Shown one piece after another: positions 50,520-62,660 of a stretch of 64,000 bases of DNA (its first letter is position 1; the number at the start of each line of letters is the position of its first letter). The notes under the pieces were generated by a model, which ran no database searches, was not told the origin of the DNA, and was given only the letters and a program-made list of their open reading frames with translations. The position numbers and the translations under genes were made by a program. Origin of the DNA: Eledone cirrhosa (Eukaryota); contig OZ024744.1 in NCBI GenBank assembly GCA_964016885.1, positions 64,108,001-64,172,000 of the forward strand. Reading direction: 5' to 3'.

Positions 50520-51812
50520 ACACAGAGAAGAAATTCCAAACATGGAAGCATGGCCTAGAATCAAAAGGCCTTAAAATTAACCTGTCTAAGACTAAAGTTC
50601 TAGTTTGTAGGAAGGAAAATAAGGCGCCGGTCCCATCCGGGAAATGGCCATGCTCTGTGTGTAGGAAAGGAGTATGTAGAAACTCCATTTTATGTCCCAA
50701 GTGCAAAGCATGGGTGCATAAAAGATGTAGTGGGATCACAGGTAAGCTAACTAAGAACATAGATTTTATATGTGGCCGATGCTCTGGTGCAATAAGTAGC
50801 AACAAGTGCCCACAGAATACTAGCTCATTCCATTGCACTGATGGTTCTATAGAAATAGTGGACAGCTTCCGTTACCTGGGTGACAAAATCAGCAGTGGGG
50901 AGGGTGCTCTGAAAGTACTGTAGCTAGAGTCAGAACTGGATGGAAAAAGTTCAGAGAGCTTATACCACTATTAGCCGCTAAAGGGTTCTCCCTAAAAATA
51001 AAAGGCAGGCTGTATGATGCCTGCATACGAACAGCAATGTTGCATGGCAGTGAGACCTGGGCATTGTGTGCAGAGGATATACGCAGACTGGAGAGGAACG
51101 AAGCTTGCATGCTCCGCTGGATGTGTAATAGTAATATACGTGAACGGCAAAGCATAAGCGAGCTAAGGGAAAAATTAGAAATAAGAGGGATCAGATGTTG
51201 TTTACTCGAGAGAAGGCTACGTTGGTATGGTCACGTGATGCGCATGAAAGACGACAGCTGTATAAAAAAAGTGCAGGGCAATAAAAATAGACGGTAGCCA
51301 CGGAGTAGGCAGACCCAGAAAAACCTGGGACGACTTGATAAATTCCGACCTCACACACTTACACCTCTCCAAGACAAGTCACTGGACCGAGATCTTTGGC
51401 GCTACACAGTAATACAGAAGACAAGCCTTACCTAAGTACAAAGTGAAACCTACTACAGTCAGTAGGCACCTCTAACAAAATACACCCCCATGCCACTACC
51501 CCCACCCCATCCACACCACCCCTTTCAATGTAAAGTTATGTTGGTACCACAACATCTAGCCCGAAACAAATGAGGTCGTGTAGGTGTCACGACAAAAAAA
51601 CACACAGTCCACGCTGTAATGTGGCTGTGTAGGTAACACGGTAAAAACCTCCCAGTTCCACACTGTAAATGTGGTTGGGCATCCAGCCGTAGAAAACCCG
51701 CCAGACAGTCCTATGCGAGCAAGACAACCACTCTTGCCTCAAGTGGGAAAACACCCGTCCAAAACCATGCAAGCGTGGAATATGGACGTTAAACGATGAT
51801 GATGATGATGAT
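50520..51812 (+). mobile_element. 5'-truncated RTE LINE
   Basis: GLKINLSKTKVL, Cys-rich insert, FRYLG, MLHGSETW, RRLRWYGHVMR, 3' UTR and (GAT)n tail. The 3' UTR is also present at about 18385-18775 and 42296-42715. Confidence 0.92.
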
Positions 51813-51919
51813 GACACATACACACATATATATATGTATACATATACATATATATATATAGATGATGATGATGATATATATATATAATATATATATATAT
51901 AATATATATATATATATAT

Positions 51920-53147
51920 GAGGCACTGATAGAGAAGATCAGAAGTGTGGAGAGAGCAGTTGACAGGTCTGGATGTAAGGAGAGCTGGATGATCATCAAC
52001 GAGATCACAGGGAGGAAGAGAAGGTGTTCGAGTCAGATCCAGGGAACAGGGCCTGAGGATAGGAAGAGGAAATGGCTAGACCATTTTGAGACCCTACTAG
52101 GAGAGCCACCCTCCACAGCCCTGAGCACTGGGGAGATCAGGCCGCTGTTTGAAGAACTGGATATTGAGACAGAGCCCTTAACCAGGGAGGAGCTTCAGTT
52201 CTTTGAGATACTGGCTGGAGTGCTCCAAGGAGATACGTTGGCTCCCTACCTTTTTATCATCGTAGTGGACTATTGTATGTGCCTTGCACTGGAGAAACAC
52301 CAGGACTGTGGCTTTACTGTAGCACCAGCTCAAAGCAGGAGAGTTAAGGCGAAAAAGATATCGGATGCTGAATTTGCCGACGACATAGTTTTGGTGACAA
52401 ATACAGTGAAGGAGGCAGAGGATTTGATGCAGGAGGTTTAGACTGTATCGATGAGTGTGGGGCTGAGAAGGAATGAGACTAAAACAAAATATCTGGTAGA
52501 GAATGTTGAGAAGCCAGAGGGGATCACTAATGTAGGCAGGAAGCCGCTAGAATTGGTTGAGGACTTCCTGTATTTGGGAGCAAAGATTGGGAATACGGAA
52601 GATGATGTGGTTGAGAGGAAGAGCAAATCCTGGGCGGCGTGCCACAGCTTGAGATCGGTGTGGAAGTCGGACCTTCGTAAAGACCTGAAAATCTGCCTCT
52701 TCATTGCTGTAGTGGAGTCTGTGCTGCTGTACGGGTCTGAGACTTGGACACTGACCAAGAAACTCACTCAGATGGTGGATGTGTGCTACATGAGAATGCT
52801 GAGGATGGCTCTGAACATTAATCAGTATACACTGAGGATGAAAAACTCAGAGCTGTTTGGGAGCCTCCCAAAAGTCAGCTCAAAAGTGACACAGAGGAGA
52901 CTAAGGTTAGCTGGACATGCTCACCGACATCCAGAGTTGACATTGCACTCAGTGCTCCTGTGGGGGCCACTACATGAACACACTGGAAGAGGAAGACCAA
53001 GGTTAACGTATGTTGATGCCCTAAGGACAGACACTGGTCTGTTGGAGACGCAGGACATGGCAGCGATAATGAGGGACAGAGACCGCTGGAGAGAACTCGT
53101 CCATGGATCTCGGGAATTTTTCCCGTCCTAGAATAGAATAGAATAGA

Positions 53148-53148
<1 letters not shown>
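51920..53148 (+). mobile_element. RTE/RTE-X-like LINE, internally deleted, inserted in (TA)n
   Basis: GVLQGDTLAPYLF, FADD, FLYLG, LLYGSETW and RRLRLAGH motifs, (TAGAA)n tail, in-frame stop at 52439. Confidence 0.9.
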
Positions 53149-53242
<94 letters not shown>

Positions 53243-53243
53243 T
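53149..53243. repeat. (TA)n microsatellite
   Basis: Direct observation. Confidence 0.95.
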
Positions 53244-53364
53244 TTAAATAGGCATACTACTACTTATATATGTAAGTATGGTATTATAGAGACACTTCCA
53301 CCAATTTCAGTAGGATTTCATTTTTTTTTTTCCTGTAGTATCAATTAAACTTACCTCTTTATAT

Positions 53365-53870
53365 TATCCTAAGGACATTTTCCTGGAAAAGTGTGTGGGA
53401 CCCTCGGACCTTTTACCTCCACATCCCACTAAGTTTTCTTTACTAATCTTACTTCTGAGCATGCTGCAAACGACTTTTTTCCTCTGAAAACGGAGGAGGG
53501 ATCCTTGGACTTTTCACTCCCCTCTCCGGGGGTTAGTGTTTAGGTTAGGGTTGGGTTAAGGTTAGCCGTAAGGCTTAGAGTTGGGGTTAGGGTCAGAGTT
53601 GGGGTTGGGGATAAAAAAAAGTCTGGGAGGCAGATCCCTTACCCCCTGTTTTCCAGCTTGTTCGAAAAGAATTGTTGGTAGCACACGAAAAAAACCTAGG
53701 GAAGATGAAATAGTAAATAAAACTCAGTGGGGAAAATGCAAGGGTACCCCTTCTCGGGGGGGGGGGGGGGGCGTCCTGAGGACCATATCAGAAGGTAAGT
53801 TTAATTGATAGCACAAAAAAATTAAGAAAAATATTATTTCCCACTGAAATGGTGGGGGATGTCTTTCTAT
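53365..53870. repeat. Repeat relic with degenerate TTAGGG-like tract (53528-53612)
   Basis: GGTTAGGG/GTTGGG units, repeated CCT.GGAC motifs on the left and GTCCTGAGG plus poly-G on the right. Confidence 0.45.
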
Positions 53871-54211
53871 AAATGTACAGGTACATACGATTGTGTGCAG
53901 GTATATACAATTTAATTCATATGGATGTATTAGTGTGCTCGTACACATGTGTTCGTGAGTGAGTGTATCAGTCCTTCAAACCCCAGTTGTTACCTAAACC
54001 CAGCCACAGCTGAAGTCTCATCCAGCCATATCACTCACCCCCAGCTCTAGATATGACTGAGACCCTTCTTCAGTCATCCACTGCACAGGAAGTTGAGTAG
54101 TGTCACTTGTGTGCCACTTGCAACAGACAGAAGAAAGGAAGGAAATGTTCTAACTAACAATTTCTTCCACTTTTCTTGCATCAAACTAGATGAGCCTTGG
54201 CATCGCACTGC

Positions 54212-54402
54212 TTAACCCTCTAACTTTTACATTACTCTATATATGCTATTATTTTTTCATGGTAAAGGCTCTACCTCACATAATATCGAATCTATGAAAT
54301 TTGATATTATTTATTTTGAGAACAATACCTTAACATCACTATGAGTGGCCAAGATGAGAGAATTCTGGCCGGATATGGCCAGTTTAAATGCTAAAGGGTT
54401 AA
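54212..54402. mobile_element. piggyBac-type MITE, family A
   Basis: TTAACCC...GGGTTAA. Confidence 0.8.
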
Positions 54403-54419
54403 ACTTCTTAGTGTCATAG

Positions 54420-55935
54420 GTGGACACAGGGACACGGTACAATGGTGACCTAACCCCACCCATCCCAGATGAGGTCTTGATAGTGATCTCCTATCTCAGG
54501 AAGTTGCAGAGAGTCATCATCAGGGTCACCATAGCTGCCCAAACTATTGTGGCCAAAGCGCTAGCGTTGTCCATTCACTAGACACTCTACACTAACAGCT
54601 GTTGATGACATTACCTGCTCTGTCAACTCACCTTACCTTTCAATGTCCGGTATCTGGATGACGTGATTCTGGGTGGCCTAGGTGAGTTTGTTGTTGAGGA
54701 TCTTCAGGAAGTCATTCAGCCCTAAAGTTCCTCAGACATGAGATCAATCTTTCCAAGTCCAAAGTCGTAAATGGAAATTGAATTTCAAGATGCTGTATTC
54801 AGCATCCAACCTGTCTTGATTAAGGCATGGCTAATGCTGAATGATGCAATCTACATTAATGGTTCTCCAATCCTCTTGAAAGCCATGCAAGAGTGCCTAG
54901 AGATCAAGCCGGCAAACCTGATGAGGCTGACAGAAAGATTCTGATACATTGATATGCACCCAGTGATCTTTCTCCTGAGGAATTGCTTCACTCTCCCCAA
55001 ACCCCTCTTCATGCAGTGCTCCTTGTCACCCTCACATAGATTGCTCACTGAACTTGATGCCACCATCCAGTACTATGCTGAAAACATCTGTAATGTTAGT
55101 TTTTATAGCAACAGGAGAAACTCCCCATGAAATTCAGTGTCCTCAGCCTCCAATCCACTTCTGATCTAGCACTGCCACAGTATATCTCTAGCCGCATCCA
55201 TGAAACATGAGTCAGCTCTAGCTAATTAGCCTGACAAAGACCTCGCCATCTCCCAGCATGCAGATGTCTAATGCAACTGGTAGGTCTACCTTCAGGCAGA
55301 TCGAGTCTTTTGACTAACGCCATCTCACCTACCTCAAATCAGTGGCCATCTCATTAACCAGGGAATCTTCTTGATGATAGGTGCACTCTCATGTGTGTGA
55401 ACCACACAAAAGCCATTGTGGAGCTGTTGTTGACAGGTTTGGTCTGCACCTGCTAACTTGCTGCCATAGCACAGGTCAGTTCCCCCAACACATTGCTCTG
55501 AATAACATCAAATGGAGCCTCTACACTGCTCGGTTTACATCACAAATGTAGCCAGCTGGCCTCAACTATTGTGATGGTAAACACCCTGATGGAACAACTC
55601 TCTTCTCATTCGAGGGAGGTAAATCCCTAATAAAGAATGTGAGGTGTTGCAACTCATTCTCTGCCTTGTCACTTTGGCCACAAATCCAGGCACTGCCACC
55701 CACAATGCAGAAGATAACTAAATACTGAGGCTTGAATGACCACTTCCTTTTTGTACTGGTCACCATTAGAACCTCAAGTGTCCTCAGTCTCCACACTACT
55801 GATTTCTTACACAAAATTAGAAAGACTGCAGCTTATCTAAGGAAAGAGCCCTATGAGGTGGCGTGGCTGTTGCAACAGGTATCGCTGGCCATTCTCTGCA
55901 GCAAGGCCTTTGCCATTGTTCGTGGAACACAGCTG
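54420..55935 (+). mobile_element. Degenerate CRE-like retrotransposon (RT plus RLE)
   Basis: NVRYLDDVILGG (CRE-type WYLDD), DGKHPDGTTLF..EGGKSLI, WLLQQVSLAIL. Many stops. Confidence 0.78.
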
Positions 55936-56370
55936 AAACATTGCTCAGACTGGGGTGCAGAGTCTGTCGCTTCCCACTCTCCATTTCTTTCATTGCTTAA
56001 TTCTTTTTTATTTTTTTATTTTTGTTTTTTATTGCAATCATTATTGTAGTTTTTATCACATTTTCCATTTAATTTAATTGAAATAAATTAAAAATAATTT
56101 TGTTTAAACTAAAAATATAAATAAAAAATAATAATAAACTGCAGTTTAGTGCCACACACCGCACTCACCAACCTAGATTCCTTATAACTTTCTTAATTTT
56201 CTTTTCTTTTTTTTTTTTATTGACAAGATCTGACTTTATTTGCTTACTGGGTGGGATGGAACTCGTCAAATCAATGAAACAATGTTTCCATTGGTCTTTC
56301 CTGGTAGAAGTTGCAACATACTTAATAATGCATACATTTTAATGACACTTCGCAGATACGTTCTCTAAGG

Positions 56371-56575
56371 CAAGCATGTCAAACTGAGGGACCCAGGAGG
56401 GCCACATGGGTCACATAAGTGTTGTCTGAGGGCCACATACAACAACTAATTGCGCACATTACAACTAATTTTACGAAAATAAAACATGCTCGTGTTGTAA
56501 AAACCTTTGTGCGCGCTGCAGGTGTGCTTGTAAAGGGCTGCATATGGCCCGCGGGCTGCATGTTTCACATGCCTG
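56371..56575. mobile_element. hAT (Charlie-like) MITE
   Basis: TIRs CAAGCATGTCAAAC / GTTTCACATGCCTG and perfect 8-bp TSD CTCTAAGG. Confidence 0.88.
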
Positions 56576-56654
56576 CTCTAAGGTATACATTACGATTATA
56601 TTATGAAAATGAAAATGATAATAATAATAATTTGATTTTTTAAAGTTTTATGGA

Positions 56655-57120
56655 TTGTCATGTTGCCTGAATGCATGTTGCTTTGTTCGTCATACCAAAT
56701 TAAACTTAATCATTAAGCAAGCCCTAGTTCAAGTAAATATACCCTCAAATCTGGGGCCAACTGGATTGTACAGAGTTGATGAGAAGAGACCAGATGGTTT
56801 TACCCCTTGTCCTTTTTGTCCAATTTGGGAGACCACAGTAAGTGACTCTTTTGCTCTTTCCCACATCCTCGATGATGCAGTAAATATGAGGACCACTGCT
56901 TCTGTAGCTGAACAGAATAAAATTCTAAAATTCTATTTTTTCCAGTCTGTGGGATTTGAGACATTTGGGGCAGCTAGGCATCTGACAACAAAGTTCTTGT
57001 CATCTTTGGCAGCTCACCTTACAGAAGGATCAGGTGGTGCCTGTGAGTGTGCTTGGTTGTTCCACCACCTTAGCCTCACCATCACCTGTGGTAATACTTG
57101 TCTCAGAAAGTATTAGAGGG
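56655..57120 (+). mobile_element. CRE-like RLE domain fragment
   Basis: RHTKLNLIIKQAL...PTGLYRVDEKRPDGFT...WETTVSD...AEQNK...ETFG...WLFHHLSL. Confidence 0.82.
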
Positions 57121-58399
57121 AGGTTCTGCTCCCCATTCCCCTTGTGGTGTGTGACCAATTGACACACTTAGTGTTGACTTAAATAATGTACGTATTATTT
57201 GTGTGTATAGGCAGTGGATTGGCAGTATCAGTAGAGCGTCAGACACCATGCTTTGCACCATAGAGTTATGGCCCTTTGCATTCTGAGGTTAACTTTGCCT
57301 TTCATCCTTATGGGGTCAATAAAATAAAGCACCAGTAATATAAGGGGGTAATTGCTGGCCTTGTACCAAAAGTAGAAACAATTATTTGTGTGTATATTTT
57401 CATTCTGTAAGAATTATAAGCAATTTGTAAATTTATATAATTGCAAATAATTTTTGAGGCAAGCCAATTCACTCACAGCATTGGCCCAGGTGATAGCAAC
57501 ACTATGGCACTGGAATAACCAAGCACTCTTGCAAGCATTAATTCGGTAATGTCAACCACCAACAAGAACCTCGTCAGTGACAGCCTCTAATCCTTTATCA
57601 TTTACATTACTCTACATTTACTACTGTATTTTCATGGAAAACACTTCACCTCACATAATATAGAATCTATGAGACTTTGGCATATTTATTTTAAGAACAA
57701 TACCTTAACATCAGTATGAGTGGCCAGTTATGATCGGTTTGAACAGAAAGAAGTGAGGGAATTCTGGCTGGTTTAAATGCTAAAGGATTAAAATATGTTC
57801 CTTAATGTATAGGTCTGTTCATTAATACTTTCAATTAATGAATACTTTCTATCTATATCTAAAGTTAGCTAAACATAGACTCAAATTTCATGTTGATAAT
57901 GAATAATACCAATAATTATATACTGTGAAAGTTTTTTTTAGTTTTTTTATTTCATTAATATAATTGTTTCTACTTTTGGCACAAGGCCAGCAATTACCCA
58001 GTGCATTACTGGTACTTTATTTTATCGACCTCGTAAGGATGAAAGGCAAAGTTAATCTCGGCGGGATTTTACTCCTACGAAAATGTATCTGTGAAATGTT
58101 ATCAAAAGGATGCATTATTAAGAAAGTTATGAGAAAACGACCATCTAACAGGGCAAACTGGGTGGGTTTTGTTGTGTCACCAACATGAACATCTTACAAG
58201 GTGGACTTGGCACTTTTTGTCATGTCACTCACACAACTACCTTAGAGGGTGGACTGAGTACTTTTTTTCATGTCACCAGCATAACCCGCTTAACTGTGTG
58301 TATCTTATTTAGACTATGCACACTGTATCTTTGTTTGTTATGAGAAGCTACTAAAAAAAGGTTAGTGTCAGGAAAGGCAACTGGCTGTAAAACATTACC

Positions 58400-58714
58400 T
58401 TAATCCTTTAGCATTTATATTACTCTATATATACTACCTTAATCCTTTAGCATTTACATTATATATACTACCTTAATCCTTTAGCATTTATATTACTCTA
58501 TATAAACTATCTTAACCCTTTAGCATTTACATTACTCTAAATATACTATTATATTTTCACGGTAAAGGCTTTATCTCACATAATATCAAATCTATGAGAT
58601 TTTGATATTTATTTTGAGAACAATACCTTAACATCAATATGAACAGCCAGTTTGAACAGAAAGAGGTGAGAGAATTCTTACCAGATATGGCCAGTGCAAA
58701 TGTTAAAGGGTTAA
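58400..58714. mobile_element. Family A MITE (58512-58714) preceded by three tandem copies of its terminus
   Basis: TTAA(T/C)CCTTTAGCATTTA.ATTA recurs four times at ~33-39-bp spacing. Confidence 0.85.
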
Positions 58715-58859
58715 CCATTTCGGCATAGAAACATAAAATGATGATGATCATGACGATGATATATACTTCTCATGAATCAGGCATATGACATTTTGCATAT
58801 ATATCACAGTGTTTTGTGACTATATAAGCAAACAGGCTATGTGAATATTTAACAATAAA

Positions 58860-59602
58860 TCTAAGCGCCTCAAACATTTCGTCCACATACTCCCTCCACA
58901 GCACTAATATCAAGAACGTGACCTGGGCATTACGGTCAGCAGCGATTTGCGTTGGACGAGGCACGTCTCTAAAATTGTCAAGAGGGCCGAGGGTGTCTTA
59001 GCATCACTCAGCAAGACCTTTGTCAGCCGCTCTCCAGATATCTATTTAAGGCTGTATACAGCTATGGTGCGACCACACTTAGAATTTGCATCACCTATCT
59101 TGCTCAGGACATTGACTGCCTGGAAACTGTTCAGAGACGTGCAACCAAGCGAATACCCTCCATCAGGCATCTACCATACTCTGAGCGCCTTGCTTCCCTG
59201 GGCATGGATTCATTGAAGCTCCGACGCCTGGCAACTGACTTGGTAAACACCCACAAAATTGTTAACCATGTTGCCAACAACAACCCTGAGTACCTTTTCG
59301 ATTTCCATGTGTCTAACACACGTGGACATGCCCACAAAGTAAGAAAACAGCACAGTTCCCATGACTTTCGGAAACATTTTTTCTCGCTCAGAGTTGCTGA
59401 AGTATGGAACAAACTACCTGCATCAGTTGTTAGCTGTCGAGATACTGCATCCTTTAAGGCCTCCATGCTTCCCGAGATCCACCAACAGAACAGCTAACAC
59501 ATACACACATGTACTTCCCTGACATTTGTGTATTATTCTATGTACTATATTGACAAGTTGTAGTGCACCTGAGCACTTTACACAATAATTTCATTATTAT
59601 TA
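58860..59602 (+). mobile_element. CR1-clade LINE 3' fragment
   Basis: LYTAMVRPHLEFASP, DIDCLETVQRRATKRI, TRGHAHK, FFSLRVAEVWNKLP, (ATT)n tail. Confidence 0.9.
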
Positions 59603-59732
59603 TATTTCTTGGCAAAGTAAACAGCAGTGTTTTCTTTACATCTTTCTGCAGTATATATATTTTTTTAATATATATATACACACACACATATATATATATA
59701 TGTGTGCGTGTGTGTGTGTATATATATATATA

Positions 59733-60601
59733 CTAGCAGTGGTACCCGGCGTTGCACGGAATAAGGTATTTTGACCTACTGCATGCCTCGACAATATGTA
59801 AAGAAAATAAATCGAATACTCTGATGGCTGGATAATCTTTAAGATTTTCCTCGATGAAATGCAGGTTTTCACCTAATGCGGGCCCTAGGGGATCAAGAAA
59901 ATGAATTTTTTTTATGTGCATAATATGCCTTGAAATTTCGGGAAAATCGGCTAGACGTAACACCTCAAAAAAGCCCTAAAAAGCAGAAAAAATGAAGTTT
60001 TTCACCTAATGTGGGCCCTAGGCCATAAAAAAGTTGGATTTTCTTTGCTCACGGTATGAAGAAGGGACTGACTAATACATAGTTACAATTTCAAGGAAAT
60101 CAGTCTGATGTACCGCCTCAAAAAACCCCTAAAAAGCTTAAAACAAGTAGTTTTTCACCTAATGCGGCTTTTCATCCTCTAAGGGGATGCATAACACTCC
60201 CTGAAACATAAGTAGTACACATGTAAAGTTTGAAAAAAGTCGGTTGGGTACTTCTCGAGTTTTAGGGATTCAAACTCACACACACACAGACAGACATCCT
60301 CAGCGAAGTGACGTAATGCAGACAGCAAACATACAGACAGATATTATAAGGGCACAACGTTATATCTATGCATCTGTCTAAAAAGAGAAAGACTAAGAAT
60401 TATAGAGAGAGATCGCTAAATCGCCTAATGTGCTCCCTAGGGCATTGAAAATTTGAATTTTTTTTTTTGCTCAGAATACTCCCTGAAACATAAGTATTAG
60501 ATGTGTAAAGTTTGAAAATACATCGGTTGGGTGGTTCTCGAGTTTTAGGGATTCAAACTCACACACACACATACAGACATCCTCAGTTTTATATATATAG
60601 A
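59733..60601 (-). mobile_element. Non-autonomous Helitron
   Basis: A|TCTATATATATAAAACTG 5' end and CCGTGCAACGCCGGGTACCACTGCTAG|T 3' end. Internal duplication (about 60195-60303 vs 60476-60586). Confidence 0.88.
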
Positions 60602-60616
60602 TATATACACACAGAT

Positions 60617-60670
<54 letters not shown>

Positions 60671-60789
60671 GTGTGTATCTGTGTGTATATATATATATAT
60701 ATATACACTTTAGAATGTTGAGAATAAGTGGGAGTAGTCTCTACTAATGAGGGTAATTTCTAATCTCTCTAATGAGGGTAATTCTCTCT

Positions 60790-61539
60790 CTCCCATTCAG
60801 TCTCTACATTCATCAGTCTCTCATAATAACACTTCCAGGCCTCTTTCGAACACATTTTTTCCACATCATCCCAATTCACACTAGTACACTGCCTTGCAAT
60901 GTGAATCACTTCACTTCTCTGATCCTCACATTGCAAGACATTGGCAAACTGGTTTTTTTTTCAGCTTCTTTCTGAGCTGTGTATACTTGTCATCTAGCTT
61001 CTCTCTTAGAAACTTGGTACTGGTCTCTGCTACTCTCATTTTTCCAGTCTTTCTACATGTCCCTTGACTTTAATGGCTCTATCCACTGTGCTGTTCCACC
61101 ACCAGGTCACCTTCTGTCTGGCTGGTGCTTTTACTCCAGCCACAGGTCTCATCAGTAATTCACAATAGGTTGTCATGAAAGAATTTCCAATCGTCCTCTA
61201 TGTCATAAGTATCTAACTTGTCTCTCTTTCATCAAATGCATCCTGTAGAGCCTTTCTAAATCTATATTTAACAGGAAGGTCTTTTAGTTTCCAAACCCTC
61301 CACCTCCATATTTTCCTGTGTGTCTTGTGTTTATTCTTATGTCACTAATAATTAATTTGTGTTGGGTGACCTTAACATTTATTATTGTCTGTCTATCTTG
61401 TCTTACAAGTAAGAAATCAATCTGACTTGTGTATTTGCTTGATTGGTATGTGATCAGACATCTGGCCTGATTCTTTGAAATTTGAGATGCAAATAGTTCG
61501 TTCATTTGCATCACAAGTTTCCAGTAGCTTCACTCCTGC

Positions 61540-61540
<1 letters not shown>
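60790..61540 (-). mobile_element. Degenerate RTE LINE, AP-endonuclease C-terminus and linker
   Basis: LITYQSSKYTSQIDFLLVR...QHKLIISD. Confidence 0.72.
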
Positions 61541-61592
<52 letters not shown>

Positions 61593-61594
<2 letters not shown>

Positions 61595-62158
61595 AGGGTG
61601 GGTAAAATTCCCGAAATCCATGGATGAGTTCTCTCCAGTGCTCTCTGTCCCTCGTTATCACTGCCATGTCCTGCGTTTCCAAGAGACCAGTGTATGTCCT
61701 TAGGGCGTCAACATGTTTTAACCTTGGTCTTCCTCTTCCAGTGTGTCCACAGGAGCACTGAGTGCAGTGTCAACTCTGGATGTCGGTGAGCATGTCCAGC
61801 TACCGTCAGTCTCCTCTGTGTCACTTCTGAGCTGACATTTGGGAGGCTCCTGTACAGCTCTGAGTTCTTCATCCTCAGTGTATACTAATTAATGTTCAGA
61901 GCCATCCTCAGCATTCTCGTGTAGCACCCATCTACCATCTGAGTGAGTTTCTTGGTCAGTGTCCAAGTCTCAGACCCGTACAGCAGCACAGACTCCACTA
62001 CACCAACACCAAAGCCAAGTCATTACACCTGATGGGATGACAGAGTTCTTTGAGATACTGGCTGGAGTGCTCCAGGGAGATACATTGGCTCCCTACCTTT
62101 TTATCATCGCAGTGGACTATTGTAGGCGCCTTGCGCTGGAAAAACACCAGGACTCTGG
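61593..62158 (-). mobile_element. RTE/RTE-X-like LINE copy with 5' inversion
   Basis: 61593-~62002 is the reverse complement of about 52708-53131. About 62003-62158 is an upstream RT segment in the opposite orientation. Flanked by (TA)n. Confidence 0.88.
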
Positions 62159-62229
62159 TTATATATATATATATATGCACATATACACACACTCATACAT
62201 ATGTATGTATATAACATCCTGTCAGGTCA

Positions 62230-62660
62230 CTATTCAACGCTACTGGTAACATGTAACCCAGTACAACCTGTGCACGGTCGGGTCATCAGCAACTAAACCG
62301 GCAACCCCACCAAGCTTACTTGGTGAAGAGGGTGATTTTGAAAAACCCAGGAGAGTCAACGGCTATCCAATAAAGTTGTTTTTTTTGTGGAACAAGGAAC
62401 TCCTAGTCTTCATTAAGACATCTCTCTAGGTCACTCTGATATAGAACCTGCGACTTCATTAGCATCCAGTGATGTAGATCAGTTCTTTTTTGGGGTAAAT
62501 GCATTCGATGTTCATAGAGTGGGATTGGCTCCATGCAAAACCTTTCCTCACTTAAAAAAGCTTCAAGCACAGGCATTGCTTGATATGTGATATTTTTTGT
62601 GATGCATGGTATCACTGGCCATAAGCAAGTCTAAAAAGCCATGTCCGTGATGCTCATGCT
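62230..62660 (+). repeat. Unclassified dispersed repeat (also at about 42905-43170)
   Basis: Shared AACCTGCG...TTTTGGGGT...GAGTGGGATTGGCTC...CTTTCCTCACTT...CACAG.CATTGC. Confidence 0.6.

Noticed and set aside
51947-53131. Active LINE or host gene (164-aa and 226-aa ORFs)
   Set aside because: 5' truncated, internally deleted and interrupted by a stop codon, so it is a dead retrotransposon copy.
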